A stretch of 64,000 nt of DNA from an uncultured Armatimonadetes bacterium (GCA_963716175.1 OY970296.1:2464001-2528000); one strand, 5' to 3'. Positions 29,837-40,556 are shown, counted from the stretch's first letter. Numbers and translations: made by a program. Notes: a model not told the origin generated them from the letters alone.

Positions 29837-31558
29837 ATGAGCAAGGCAGAGCGACTGGCCGACAACCCGCCCGCAGCACCCGACGTCCCTACGGTGGGCG
29901 TTTTCGCTATCTGCGACCCTCGCCTGGATCGCGCCTCCCGCCAGCGGGCCGCTAACATCGTGGAGATGGTCGCCAGCACTATCGCCCAGACGGTAACTCT
30001 TCCCGATGGCCAGCCCGCGCGGGTCGTCTACACCCCAGTGCTCGTTGACGGCGAGCGCCAGGCCGACATGGTGGCGCGGCAGTTCCAGGCCGAAGGCGTC
30101 GGCATCCTGGTCTGCGCCCCTGATACCTGGGCCTTCCCCCAGCTCGGCCTGATCTCATTGCTCTCCCAGTTCCCGGACGACACTCCCATCAACCTCACCT
30201 GCGGCAACAGCGGCCCGAAGCCCGGGGTGGTATTCACTCACGCCGCCAGCGGCGCTATCTCCCAGTACGGCCGGCTGATCCATATCAATGTCGGCACTTG
30301 GCCCGACACGGGCGAGCGGCCCGAGATGACCGAGTCCACCGCCACCGCGCTCATTGACTGGACCTTCGCCGCCGTCGCCTATCGCGCCCTGAAGGGTCGC
30401 CGGGTGGTGATCTTCGGCCATGACTCCATGGGCATGGAGACCGCCCTCGCCCACATCATCCCCACCCGCCGCACCTTCGGGCTGGAGATCACCCGCCTGG
30501 ATATGAAGCTGCTCGCCGATATGCTGCAGAAGAAGGCCTATCCCCAGCAAGAGCTGGCCGCTCTGCGCGGCTGGATTGAGAGGCACGTCGGCGATCGGCT
30601 GGAGCTGCGAGATCAGGCCGACCGGGCCCGCCTCGATCAGAGCCTGGCCATGTATCTCATCACCCGCGATCTGATGCGCGACCTCAACGCGGTGGGCGGC
30701 GGGTTCATGAGCCAGCTCGAATGGGGCTCCGATCCCCGCGGCCTTCCCCTCCCCGTGGCCGACATCATGGAATCCCTGTTCAACTCGACCTTCGACCACA
30801 ACGGGAAAAAGGCGCCCCTGCCCTATGCCACTGAGGCCGATGTGCAGGGGCTGCTCACCATGCTCTTCTTCACCTGGCTCAGCGGCGGCAATCCTCCGCT
30901 CTTCATGGACTTCCGCAAGGTCTGGGAGCCCTGGGAGATCAACCGCCTGGCGGAGGAAGTGGGCATCGGGAAGACCTGGGAGCCCAATGCCATCTGGCGC
31001 AAGAAGGGCCTGGTGGATGGCGACAACTCCGGCAGCGCCTCCTTCGATTGGGCGGCCGCGCCCGGCGCCTCGCCGGAGGAGATCATGCCCCGGGTATCCC
31101 TGCCGCTGGCCGACCCCGGCTATTTCCCCGGCCTGGGCAACTCCGTCACCTTCATCTCCCCCGGAGGCATCGAGGGCATCGCCGGTCGCCTGGCTTACAG
31201 CGCGAGCGCCAACCTGTTCTCCCTGGTGTGGGATGAGGCCACTACCGTCGAGTTGCCGGAGAAGCTGGCGCAGGCCGTCTGCCGCACCTCCACCCCGACC
31301 TGGCCCCACACGTTTGTGGTGCCCAAGCACGCCACCATGGGTGAGTACAAGCAGTACGCGCCCGCCAACCACTTCCATATGACCTGGGGGCTGAGACCGG
31401 CGCGGCTTCAGTACTGGATGGATCTGGCCAACGTGCTCTCAGTGACCCCCTGGCAGGCCCGGCCCGCCTATGTCGAGGGCAGCGACCGGCCCCTGCCCCT
31501 GCTCTACTTGCTGAATGGCGGCGAGACCAACGCCAAGCTGCTGCACGCCCGCCGGTAG
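29837..31558 (+). CDS. fucI: L-fucose/D-arabinose isomerase
   Basis: KPGVVF, DSMGME, MESLFNSTFDHNG, ATEAD, FMDFRKVW, NSGSA, PTWPHTF, ANHFH. Confidence 0.85.
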   Translation: MSKAERLADNPPAAPDVPTVGVFAICDPRLDRASRQRAANIVEMVASTIAQTVTLPDGQPARVVYTPVLVDGERQADMVARQFQAEGVGILVCAPDTWAFPQLGLISLLSQFPDDTPINLTCGNSGPKPGVVFTHAASGAISQYGRLIHINVGTWPDTGERPEMTESTATALIDWTFAAVAYRALKGRRVVIFGHDSMGMETALAHIIPTRRTFGLEITRLDMKLLADMLQKKAYPQQELAALRGWIERHVGDRLELRDQADRARLDQSLAMYLITRDLMRDLNAVGGGFMSQLEWGSDPRGLPLPVADIMESLFNSTFDHNGKKAPLPYATEADVQGLLTMLFFTWLSGGNPPLFMDFRKVWEPWEINRLAEEVGIGKTWEPNAIWRKKGLVDGDNSGSASFDWAAAPGASPEEIMPRVSLPLADPGYFPGLGNSVTFISPGGIEGIAGRLAYSASANLFSLVWDEATTVELPEKLAQAVCRTSTPTWPHTFVVPKHATMGEYKQYAPANHFHMTWGLRPARLQYWMDLANVLSVTPWQARPAYVEGSDRPLPLLYLLNGGETNAKLLHARR

Positions 31559-31578
31559 CGCAGGTTCCCAACCTGCGC
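31555..31578 (+). repeat. Canonical GTAG-type REP overlapping the fucI stop codon
   Basis: GTA-GCGCAGGTT-ccc-AACCTGCGC; right arm CAACCTGCG shared with the RAYT-flanking repeats. Confidence 0.75.
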
Positions 31579-31617
31579 ACGGCGCATTTGTCTTCCGGCT
31601 CGTGGCCGGTCGGCAGC

Positions 31618-32343
31618 TCACTCGTGGACATATGCCCAGCCACCGATCTCCTCGATGACCCCTCCCCAGGCCTGCTTAGGGTATTGGCCGGAGGGCCAGT
31701 AGTGCATGGAATCGAAGTTCAGGAAACCCCACGGGCACGGGAGCCGCAGGTCGTAGCCGGCGTGCCAGTCGGCCAACCATGCGCCTCTCCCCATCTGGTC
31801 TTGGGGATCGGCTCGCGTGTACTCGAACTCGCGATGGCCCAGCACGCCAGCGTCGGGCACGCGTGGGAGGTAGCGTGGGACCAGCCTGGTCAGGGCGCCC
31901 GGATAGTGACCGTGGTCGCTTCTGAACTTCTCGAGCGCGGTGACCAGAGGCCGTGCTCGGAGAGGAATCTGCCGCGCAAACCACATGCGCGCCTGGACCG
32001 TTGGTCTGGCCAAGAGAACTGAGGCCGCGGCGCCGCAGAGCAGGACAAGCGCGAGTCGGCCCTGTGTGGAGCGGCACGGCCTGCGCAGGACCAGTACACG
32101 CACACCAAGGGCCACCCCGAACGCGAGGTACAGGGTGAGCAGGAGGGGCCACACAAAGGACAGGAGCGGTGGAAGGTCGCGGCCGACCGGGGTAAGCCAG
32201 TCAGGTCCGGGCATCAGTGGGAGAGCGACGGCGCCGAAGCACGCCAACAGAGGAGCTGTGGCCACGACGCACCATCGCAGCACCGTGACTGCGCGCCACC
32301 CGGTGGCCCTGGCCTTCTGCCTGCCTGCGGTCTCCTCGGTCAT
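31618..32343 (-). CDS. Hypothetical membrane protein
   Basis: Three TM segments then ALEKFRSDHGHYPGALTRLVPRYLP and WAYVHE. Confidence 0.7.
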   Translation of the reverse strand: MTEETAGRQKARATGWRAVTVLRWCVVATAPLLACFGAVALPLMPGPDWLTPVGRDLPPLLSFVWPLLLTLYLAFGVALGVRVLVLRRPCRSTQGRLALVLLCGAAASVLLARPTVQARMWFARQIPLRARPLVTALEKFRSDHGHYPGALTRLVPRYLPRVPDAGVLGHREFEYTRADPQDQMGRGAWLADWHAGYDLRLPCPWGFLNFDSMHYWPSGQYPKQAWGGVIEEIGGWAYVHE

Positions 32344-32447
32344 CCTTCAGTGCTCGGCCCCTGCTCGGCACCGTGTCAGCTTAGAACGCCTACCGTGGAC
32401 CGTCAAGCCTGCCCGCCGGCCGTGTGGCGGCGATCTGCCCTTCTGGC

Positions 32448-33242
32448 TCAGTGATGGTCTTCCCGCGCCCTCATCGGCCTTGCCTTGAACTCCCGGATCA
32501 GGGCCGCTAGCTGCTCGGTCATAGCCCGATAGAGCGTTTCCCCCTTCTCCGCCGTCGCCTTCGTGGGATCGCCCAGCACCCCGGTGTGCGAGAAGGTGCT
32601 CCACCATTCCATCATGCCGACTCTGGCGCCGCCCTCCAGGTCTTGCCACCAGAACTCGGAGGGCAGCATGTTGTTCTCGGCCTGCGCCAGCTCTCGCCGC
32701 ACGCCCTCCGGCCGCAGATAGAGGTAGAGCGAGGTCTCGATCTCATCTGCATGGGCCACCCATCCCCTCGGGGATTCACGCACAGCATGAACGGCATCTC
32801 GCGCGACCTCGAAGTAATCCAGGCCCGCGCAGATCACCGGGTTGTCCATGGTCGCCTGCCGCGCCGCCACCTCCACCAGGATGCGATTGGACCCGTGTCC
32901 GTTTACTATCAGCACCTTCCTGAACCCGTGGTGCGCTACGCTCCTGATGATGTCGAGCAGGAACCGGACGAAGTTGTCCCAGGCAATGCCGATGGTTCCA
33001 GGGAAATCAATGTGGTGCCAGTTGAAGCCATAGCTGAGTTGGGGCATGAGCAGCACATCATCGGGCACGAGCTTCCCCGCTCCCTCGCAGACCTGCTGGC
33101 AGAGGAAGTTGTCCACGTCCAGCGGCAGATGAGTACCGTGCTGCTCGGTGGAGCCGACGGGCAGCACGATCACCCGCTCCTGGGCCGCCGCCTCCCGGAT
33201 CTCGGGCCAGGTCAGCTTGTCGTAGTGGTACTCCGCCATCAT
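32448..33242 (-). CDS. Creatininase family amidohydrolase
   Basis: PVGSTEQHGTHLPLDVD, HH..FPGT, NGHGSN, HADEIETS, GVLGDP. Confidence 0.92.
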   Translation of the reverse strand: MMAEYHYDKLTWPEIREAAAQERVIVLPVGSTEQHGTHLPLDVDNFLCQQVCEGAGKLVPDDVLLMPQLSYGFNWHHIDFPGTIGIAWDNFVRFLLDIIRSVAHHGFRKVLIVNGHGSNRILVEVAARQATMDNPVICAGLDYFEVARDAVHAVRESPRGWVAHADEIETSLYLYLRPEGVRRELAQAENNMLPSEFWWQDLEGGARVGMMEWWSTFSHTGVLGDPTKATAEKGETLYRAMTEQLAALIREFKARPMRAREDHH

Positions 33243-33289
33243 CCCTCCTCTTCAGTCGCCTCCGGCGACTCCGCCGTGGGGCCAGGGAT

Positions 33290-34783
33290 CTACGCCTGCC
33301 ATTGCCGCAGAGCTCGGCTCACCTCCACGAACCGCTGGTAGGCGCGGTCCCAGGCCCCGACCTCCTTCGGCTCGTAGCGCTTGAGTGGGAAAGAAGTCCT
33401 CACGATCTCCCGCAGCTCGACGAGCGAGCTGATGTGCCCCAACCCCATCGCCTGCACCAGCAGATTGCCGATCGCGGTGGCCTCCGACGGCCCGGCAAGG
33501 ACGGGCAGCCCGCTGGCGTTGGCGGTGAACTGGCACAACGTGCCATTGCTCGATCCGCCGCCAATGACATGGACCCGGTTGATAGGGGAGGGGTGGATCT
33601 GGCGCAGCTCGTCCAGCACCATCCGGTACTTCAGGGCGAGGCCCTCCAGGATGCAGCGCACGAACTCGGCCGGCGTCTCTGGTCTGCTCTGCCCCGTCGC
33701 CTCGCAGTAGTGGCAGATCGCCTCCGGCATATCCCCCGGGTTCAAGAACCCGGCGTGGTCGGGGTCAATCAAGGCCCGGAAGGGCCGCCCGGAGGCCGCC
33801 ATTCCGGCGAGTTCTTCATAGCTGTAGACGCGCTCGCGCGTCCAGGCCCTTCTGCATTCCTGCACCAGCCACAAGCCGGTGACGTTCTTCAGCACCCGGA
33901 ACGTGTTGCCCACTCCGCCCTCGTTAGTGAGGTTGAAGTCGAGCGCTTGCTGGGTGATCACCGGCCGGTCGCTCTCGAACCCGACCAGCGACCAAGTTCC
34001 GGAGCTGATATAGGCCCAGTCGGTCCCCTCCCCCGGCGCCGCCGCCACTGCGGCCCCGGTGTCGTGGCTGGCAGTCGCGATCACGGGCACCGGCGGCAGT
34101 CCTGTTTCCTGGCAGATCGTGGGGCGAAGCTCCCCGATCACCGTCCCCGGCGGGACGACCTCCTGCATCAGCGCCTGCGGCACTCCGAGGGCCGTGAACA
34201 GCTCCGCCTCCCACCCTCCCTTGACTGGGTTGTAGAGCTGGGAGGTGGTCGCGATCGTGAACTCAGTCACCCTCTTGCCGGTGAGCAGGTAGCTCAGCAG
34301 GTCGGGGATCAGCAACAGCGCATCGGCCGCCGCCAGCAGGGGCGAGCGGTCGCGCGCCATCACATAGAGCTGGAACAGGGAGTTGATCGGCATCATCTGA
34401 ATGCCCGTCAGCTCGTAGAGCCTCCGGCGCGGCACTCGCTGGAAGAGCTCCTCGGGTGCGCCTTGCGTCCGCGGATCGCGGTAGGAGTAAGGCAGGCCGA
34501 GCAGGCTGCCGTCCGCAGCCACCAGCCCGAAGTCAACACCCCAGGTGTCCACCGCCAGGCTCTCGGGGCGTACCTGGAGGTCGCCGGCGCACGCCTCCAT
34601 GCCCTGCTTCATCTCCTGGTAGAGCTGCGCGATGTTCCAGTGGAGATGTCCCGCCAGCTCGACCATCTCATTGGGGAAGCGGTTCACCTCCCTGATGCTG
34701 AGCCGGCCCTGATCGAGCGTGCCGAGAATGCTGCGGCCGCCGGAGGCGCCCAGATCGAATGCTAGGAAGGACTTGGTGGGCAT
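33290..34783 (-). CDS. rhaB: Rhamnulokinase/fuculokinase (FGGY family)
   Basis: AFDLGASGGR, VDTWGVDF, YRDPRT, TGIQ, SHDTG, SSGTWSL, TNEGG, KNVTGLW, GPSEATAIGN. Confidence 0.9.
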   Translation of the reverse strand: MPTKSFLAFDLGASGGRSILGTLDQGRLSIREVNRFPNEMVELAGHLHWNIAQLYQEMKQGMEACAGDLQVRPESLAVDTWGVDFGLVAADGSLLGLPYSYRDPRTQGAPEELFQRVPRRRLYELTGIQMMPINSLFQLYVMARDRSPLLAAADALLLIPDLLSYLLTGKRVTEFTIATTSQLYNPVKGGWEAELFTALGVPQALMQEVVPPGTVIGELRPTICQETGLPPVPVIATASHDTGAAVAAAPGEGTDWAYISSGTWSLVGFESDRPVITQQALDFNLTNEGGVGNTFRVLKNVTGLWLVQECRRAWTRERVYSYEELAGMAASGRPFRALIDPDHAGFLNPGDMPEAICHYCEATGQSRPETPAEFVRCILEGLALKYRMVLDELRQIHPSPINRVHVIGGGSSNGTLCQFTANASGLPVLAGPSEATAIGNLLVQAMGLGHISSLVELREIVRTSFPLKRYEPKEVGAWDRAYQRFVEVSRALRQWQA

Positions 34784-34794
34784 TCTGTCACCTG

Positions 34795-36480
34795 TCAGGT
34801 CCGTGATCGCCCGTCCCCGCACGAGCCGAGCAACGCGTTCTCAGCGCGGAGGTTCCACAAGCCACTGCTGAGCATAGGCGCGACGCTCGGCATTCTTTCT
34901 GCCATCTGCTCCAGCTTGATCAGCCCCAACCCCTGGCACGCGGGATAGACGATGATCTTGCCCGGAATTCCTCGCTTCTCCACCGCCGTCATGCCCTCCG
35001 GCGCTCCTTCCAGTCCGCAGATGGCGGCCACCGAGAGGTTGGTGTCGAGGGTACCGGCCTCCACCTTCGCCAGCACCGTCCTCATGTCCGCGAGCACCGA
35101 GCCGCTGGTCCCGGTGAGGTAGATCTGCTTCTCGATGTACCGGTCCAGGTCAATCTGCGCCGTCACCTCGGCCGGGATGCCGGCGAAGACGTTGACGATG
35201 GCATGGCGGTCAGAGCGCGCGACGGCTTCGCTCACCAAGGCCGGCGCCGGCACCATCAGGATGGTGTAGGTGAAGCTTTCGCTGGGGCCGGGCTCGCTGC
35301 TGTCCTGTGCCCGGAACGAGACCCCGTGCTCGCTGGCGAGCGGACCGGCAATCCGGCTCAGCGCCGCCAGCCGCTCGGCATCTATGTCGCTGGCAACTAT
35401 CGCCACATCGTCCAGTCCCAGGCAGATATCGCGGATGACGTGCATCACGCCCATCGGCCCCCCGGCCCCGATCACGTGGAGTCTGTCGTCGCGCCGGATC
35501 TCTCCCGAGGTCGGAATCGTGCCCATGGACAGGGCGGGGTCGTGTCCGCTGGTGCCGATGACTCTGATGCCGCCATAGTGCACGCGGCCCACAGCCACCG
35601 CCACGGGCCGGCCCAGCTGCCCGCCGCAGAGCACGACATTGAGGAGGCCGTGAGGCGCTAGCTTGGAGAACAGTCCTTCCACCGCCTCCGGGCGCGCGCC
35701 GAAGTAGATCGCATCATCGTAGCCGCCATCGGCTGCGTGATCTGGGTCAGAGACGCTGAACACCCGCGCCTCCAGTCGCGGAGGCGCAGAGGTGCGAGAG
35801 CACCAGGTGACCTCGGCGGGGTTGCCATAGCGTCTCAGGAATCCCGTGAGGGTCTGCTCGCGCATCGCCGCTTCGGCCACCACCAGCATCCGGCCCCCGG
35901 CCTTGAGAGTCCGGCGTTCCTGGGTGGCATAGGCGTCCTCCACACAGGCCCAGGGTTCGACCAGCGCGATCGCCGAGGCCGCGAACTGCTCCGAGGCGGG
36001 GATCAGCATGGGCTCACCCTCAGGCGAGGTGATCACCCGCTCATCCATCAACACGAATTCCTGAAGCGCCCCCTCGAAGTTGTAACCAAAGGCGGCATTG
36101 CCGTCGGCCGTGCGCAGCCAGCGGTAATCGGTCTGGACCAGATAGCGCTCGCCCGGTCTGAATCTGGTGACTGCGTCTCCCACTGCCCACACCCGCACCA
36201 CAGTCTCATGCCCGGGAACCGTGGGCGCCTCTCCAGGTACGTAGCTCGGGAGTTCCTTCAGCACCGCCGGCTCAATCCCCGAGACGATCTCACCTTTGCG
36301 GGCGTGGCGGGAGAACTGTTGCAGCAGCTTCAGGTCGGAGAAGCAGAGCCCTACTGCTTCCACCCGACACAGAACCTGATAGGGGCCGGGCGGCACTACG
36401 GGCTTCTTGTCATTCAGCCGCAGAGCATGCTGGCCGACAAGCTGGATCGCCCGCTGGGTGTCGGGGATCTCGAATCTCAA
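34795..36480 (-). CDS. Extended zinc-binding (MDR) dehydrogenase, sorbose-1-phosphate-reductase-like
   Basis: TTG overlapping the upstream TGA; GLCFSD, PGHE, FGYNFEGALQEF, EPWACV, GAGGPMG, GTSGS, PGKIIVYP. Confidence 0.8.
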   Translation of the reverse strand: MRFEIPDTQRAIQLVGQHALRLNDKKPVVPPGPYQVLCRVEAVGLCFSDLKLLQQFSRHARKGEIVSGIEPAVLKELPSYVPGEAPTVPGHETVVRVWAVGDAVTRFRPGERYLVQTDYRWLRTADGNAAFGYNFEGALQEFVLMDERVITSPEGEPMLIPASEQFAASAIALVEPWACVEDAYATQERRTLKAGGRMLVVAEAAMREQTLTGFLRRYGNPAEVTWCSRTSAPPRLEARVFSVSDPDHAADGGYDDAIYFGARPEAVEGLFSKLAPHGLLNVVLCGGQLGRPVAVAVGRVHYGGIRVIGTSGHDPALSMGTIPTSGEIRRDDRLHVIGAGGPMGVMHVIRDICLGLDDVAIVASDIDAERLAALSRIAGPLASEHGVSFRAQDSSEPGPSESFTYTILMVPAPALVSEAVARSDRHAIVNVFAGIPAEVTAQIDLDRYIEKQIYLTGTSGSVLADMRTVLAKVEAGTLDTNLSVAAICGLEGAPEGMTAVEKRGIPGKIIVYPACQGLGLIKLEQMAERMPSVAPMLSSGLWNLRAENALLGSCGDGRSRT

Positions 36481-37826
36481 GTCAGCCTCTCCAGTACCGC
36501 TTCCGGCCGCGCATCCTCGGGCAGTCCTGACAGCAGGCCCTCTTCGCCAGCTTCCAGCCGCCGCCCGACCTCCTGGAAGAACTCGCCGCGGGAGGCCAGG
36601 TCGGGGAAGTTCCCCTCGGCCCAAGGGCTAGTATAGCCCAGTCCGCTCTCCCGCTGGAGCACGGAATGCGCGTAGACGGCATAGGCGCTTCTCAGAAAAA
36701 CGGGCAGCAGAGGCGCAAGCTCGCTCGACTGAAAATCGTCAACCAGCTTCTGCCCGGGGCTGTTCATCTCCGTCCCCGCCACCACCAGCAGGCCCAGCGT
36801 CTCTGCCAGCTGCACCGCCTGGTACAGGTTCGCCAGCTTCACATCCGCACTTCCCGGAGTGTAGTTGCGGTCCGGGATGACGTTGATCGCCGCCACCCCG
36901 GTGCCCATGGCCACCCTTAGCAGCTGCTCGAGCCTGGCCTCGCCTTCGGACGTGCCATCCAGCCAGGTATGGGTGGGAATGCCGCCGGCCGCGAGGATGA
37001 ACCGGTTGGTCTCAGCCAGCTCCGGAAAAGCCCCCTCCCCTGGTTGCACATAGCCCACGCCGCCCCGCTTCATGGTCTTCGCTCTGATCTGCAGCTCGAG
37101 TGCAGCGCTGGTAGGCAAGTCGAGTTCGCTGGCATCAACTCCCAGCTTCTCACTCCAGAATCGCCCCAACTCGGTGCCATCCGGGAAGACCACGCGTGCC
37201 TTGAGAGCATAGGCGTGGCAGATGTGCCGTTCGGTGGCATTGCCCGAGGGTGTCAGCGGCAGCACCTCCCGGTCGTAGTCGAGAGTCACCGGTCTGAGGT
37301 ACTCGTTTACCCGCCGCATCAGGTCCCGGTTTCTCTGCTCGGAGGTGCGCCGGAGTCGCGATAGGAATGCCTGCTGCGAATCCGGCACCCGCGAAGTGGG
37401 GAACCCCACTCCCATGTGATAGGAGATCCCCGGCTCTCCCGGCGAGTTGATCACTTTATCGGCGAACTCCGGGATGTACACCCTGGTCTCCAGGCCCACA
37501 CAGGTCTTGAGCCTCAGCCTCCGTCCCGCCTCTTGGAACTCCTCCAGGCCATCGAGCACGTCGAAATCAACTATCCCCGCAACCGACAGCCCCAGCCTGC
37601 GTGCCAGCCACGCGAACGCGGTGGGTGAATAGCCATAGGAATTGTAGGAGAAGAAGGTATGGCAGTGCAGGTTCACGTCATTGCCGGCCGCGGGCAGATG
37701 GATGTGATCGCGCTCCACCATTGCCATTAGACCGGCGAGCGCTTCCTTCCGATGGAAGGGATCGAAGTGGTTCAGCTTGTTTTCCAGAGCTGCCACATCG
37801 GCGGAAAACTCGGCAGCAGAGCGCAT
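36477..37826 (-). CDS. PHP-domain protein
   Basis: NLHCHTFFSYN, GIVDFD, GLETRV, TERH, GTEMN; AGAGAG upstream of ATG. Confidence 0.8.
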   Translation of the reverse strand: MRSAAEFSADVAALENKLNHFDPFHRKEALAGLMAMVERDHIHLPAAGNDVNLHCHTFFSYNSYGYSPTAFAWLARRLGLSVAGIVDFDVLDGLEEFQEAGRRLRLKTCVGLETRVYIPEFADKVINSPGEPGISYHMGVGFPTSRVPDSQQAFLSRLRRTSEQRNRDLMRRVNEYLRPVTLDYDREVLPLTPSGNATERHICHAYALKARVVFPDGTELGRFWSEKLGVDASELDLPTSAALELQIRAKTMKRGGVGYVQPGEGAFPELAETNRFILAAGGIPTHTWLDGTSEGEARLEQLLRVAMGTGVAAINVIPDRNYTPGSADVKLANLYQAVQLAETLGLLVVAGTEMNSPGQKLVDDFQSSELAPLLPVFLRSAYAVYAHSVLQRESGLGYTSPWAEGNFPDLASRGEFFQEVGRRLEAGEEGLLSGLPEDARPEAVLERLT

Positions 37827-38078
37827 CTCTCTCCCCGTGTGCTGCGACTCCGTGCTGACGGCGTGCCTCCGTTGCCGCGGAATCTCTGGGTCGAAACCAC
37901 CACATAGTTCGAGTGTAGCCATGGGCAACCTTCCGCTCCAGGTGGAGGCCGATCGGCCCTGGGCGGCATGATCTGGGGCGGCAGGTCGGCGGGGTGATGG
38001 CCCGAAATAACGGTGGCGGGCAGGGAGCCGGCGGCTCCCTGCCAGGCGGTATGGAGCAGATCGGGATAGGACCACATC

Positions 38079-39150
38079 ATGATGCCCATCGAATCTATCC
38101 CCGACTGGGAGCAGCGCCTGGCGCGGCAGGATGCCTTTTGGAGCCGCGCCATCATTGATCGGCCGGTGGTCTGCATCACCATCCCGAAGACAGGGCCGCG
38201 GCAGCCGTGGCCGCAATCCCACCACACCACCTTGCGCGACCGCTGGATGGACGCGCAATATGCCGCGGAGATCGCCCTGGCCACCGCGCTGGACACAGAC
38301 TACCTGGGTGATGCGCTCCCACATGCCCACCCCAACCTGGGGCCGGAGGTGTTCAGCGCCTTCTTCGGGTGTGAGCTGGAGTTCGGAGAGGACACCTCCT
38401 GGTCCGTTCCCATCCTGAGCGACTGGGCTGATGTGGGCAAGATCAGGTTCAACCCGGAGAGTATCTACTGGAAGAAGATCATCGAGATCACCGATGCCAT
38501 GTTGGAGGCCGGCAAGGGCCGGTTCTACACCGGCCTGACTGACTTCCACCCGGGCGGCGATGCCATCGCCGCCTTCCGCGACCCGGCGCAGCTGAACCTT
38601 GATATGATGGAGAGAGTGGAACAGGTCAAGGCCCTGCTCTCCTATATAACCGAGACCTATCTTCAGGTCTACGATTTCTTCCACCGGAAGTTGACGTCGG
38701 CCGGCCAGGCGATCTGCACCTGGATCGGAATCGTCTCCACCAAGAAATGGCTGGTCCCGTCAAACGACTTCTCGTGCATGGTCTCGCCCAAGATGTTCCA
38801 GGAAGTCTTTCTTCCCAGCATCGTAGCTGAGTGCCAGCATTACGATGCTTGCATCTATCATCTGGACGGGCCCAGCGCGCTCAAACACCTGGACAGCCTG
38901 CTGGCGATCGAGGAGCTCAGCGCGATCCAGTGGGTATACGGCGCCGGAAACGGCCGCGCCTCGGATTGGCTGCCGGTCTACCGGAAGTGCCAGGCCGCCG
39001 GGAAGGGGCTGCAGATCCACCTGGACTTGGATGAGCTTGACCTGTTCATGGCCAGCCTCAGGCCCGGAGGGGCTCTGGCTTGGCATCAGTGGAGTTCAGG
39101 ATCGCGAGCAGGCCGAGGCCATCCTCAGGAGAATGGCGCAGTGGAGATGA
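38079..39150 (+). pseudogene. Uroporphyrinogen-decarboxylase-like protein with a late frameshift near 39064 (or assembly error)
   Basis: NLGPEVFSAFFG, SNDFSCMVSP, YHLDGP, IQWVYGAG; the expected tail LRPEGLWL..EQAEAIL lies in another frame. Confidence 0.75.
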
Positions 39151-39185
39151 GCCTTCTGGCCTCGGGCTATCGCGGCCGCACCGGG

Positions 39186-40556
39186 TCAGGCGAACTGCGG
39201 CAGCAGCTCCCGTGACGCGGCCAGCAGTTCGTCCAGCATGGCCGTCGCCTTCTCCGGCAGGACCGCCATCTCATCCAGCAGCAGGGCTTGCAGCGCCAGC
39301 TTCCGGTCGCCCTTCACCCCGGCCTCCACTACCAGCTCCTGCCAGGCGATCCGCTTCTGGAGCAGACCCATGAGAGAGAGCGGGGCCTCGCCGGCGTAGA
39401 CTCCGCGCACTCCACAGCTATCAGTCACCCCTTCCACCTCGAGGATGGAGTAGTCGGGAAGGTTGGGAACAACACCTCGATTGGGGATGTTGACGATCCG
39501 CACTTCCCGGCGCCCGGTTGCTATCGCCTCGATCAGGCTGGCGATGCCCTCGCCGCGGATCGCGCTGGGCTCGGGCTCCGGCAGCCCCCGCTGGTCGAGC
39601 CGCTGCTGGAACTCCTGCAACTGCTGCTTCCGCAGCGCCGCGCGCTTGGCGGCCGAGAGCTTCGCGGGCCGCCTCCGCTTCAGCTCGGCGAAGTGCGGCC
39701 CGATTCGCTCACCGTAGCCATACGGGATTTCCATGGGGTCCCTCACCTGGGCGAGGAAGGGATAGAACTCCAGCTCGTGGCCGTCCTCCTGGTAGACCAG
39801 GCGAAAGCCGTAGATCTCAGAGAGCGCGGCTGACAACTCCTCTGCGTGCGGCGGCTTACGCTTCGCCGCCCTCCGCATCACCTCAGGATAGACGTCCTTG
39901 CCGTGCAGGCGAATGCGGGTGAACCAGTAGTAGTGATTGGTGCCGATCCAGACTGTCTCCAGTTCCTCCGGCTCCACCCCCAGCAGCTCCGCCACTTGCA
40001 TCACGCCGTGCTGCACCCCGTGGCAGATTCCGATCACCCTCTCCAGTCCACCGTACTTGATCATGGCCCGGCAGAGCACGGCCATCGGGTTGGAGTGATT
40101 CAGCAGCACCACCTCAGGACAGCGCTTGTGCATCTCCTTGCAGATCGCCAGGTAGGCGGGAATGCTGCGCAGCCCCATCATCATCCCGGCCGGGCCGCCG
40201 GTGTCGCCCACCATCTGGTAGATCCCGTAGCGAGCTGGGATCAGGATGTCAGCGCTGTGCGCGGCCGTGCCATAGACCCCGCCCATGGAGGGCCCGGAAC
40301 CACCGATCGAGGAGATGGCAAAATCGGCCCCGTCCACCGCCTCCGCCAGGCCAGCGCAGGCGCGCACCCGCAGCCCCGTGCCGCTCATCTGGGCCAGGCG
40401 CTTGCCCAGCCGCGCCATCAGCCTGGCCTTGTCCGCGTCGATGTCATAGAGCGTGATCTCGCTCTCGGCCAGGCCGGGTGTGATCGCCAGGTCACCCAGT
40501 GCCCTGGGAAAGTAGAAGCTACCCGCGCCCAAGCACACGATCTTCTTGCGAGGCAT
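39186..40556 (-). CDS. Family 4 glycoside hydrolase (NAD-dependent)
   Basis: KIVCLGAGS, LYDID, GDTGGPAG, NHSNPM, IGICHGV, GTNHYYW, VNIPNRG. Confidence 0.9.
   Translation of the reverse strand: MPRKKIVCLGAGSFYFPRALGDLAITPGLAESEITLYDIDADKARLMARLGKRLAQMSGTGLRVRACAGLAEAVDGADFAISSIGGSGPSMGGVYGTAAHSADILIPARYGIYQMVGDTGGPAGMMMGLRSIPAYLAICKEMHKRCPEVVLLNHSNPMAVLCRAMIKYGGLERVIGICHGVQHGVMQVAELLGVEPEELETVWIGTNHYYWFTRIRLHGKDVYPEVMRRAAKRKPPHAEELSAALSEIYGFRLVYQEDGHELEFYPFLAQVRDPMEIPYGYGERIGPHFAELKRRRPAKLSAAKRAALRKQQLQEFQQRLDQRGLPEPEPSAIRGEGIASLIEAIATGRREVRIVNIPNRGVVPNLPDYSILEVEGVTDSCGVRGVYAGEAPLSLMGLLQKRIAWQELVVEAGVKGDRKLALQALLLDEMAVLPEKATAMLDELLAASRELLPQFA

Noticed and set aside
37827-38684. N-terminal extension of the 735-aa ORF
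   Set aside because: Antisense to the gene starting at 38079; the PHP protein plausibly starts at 37826.
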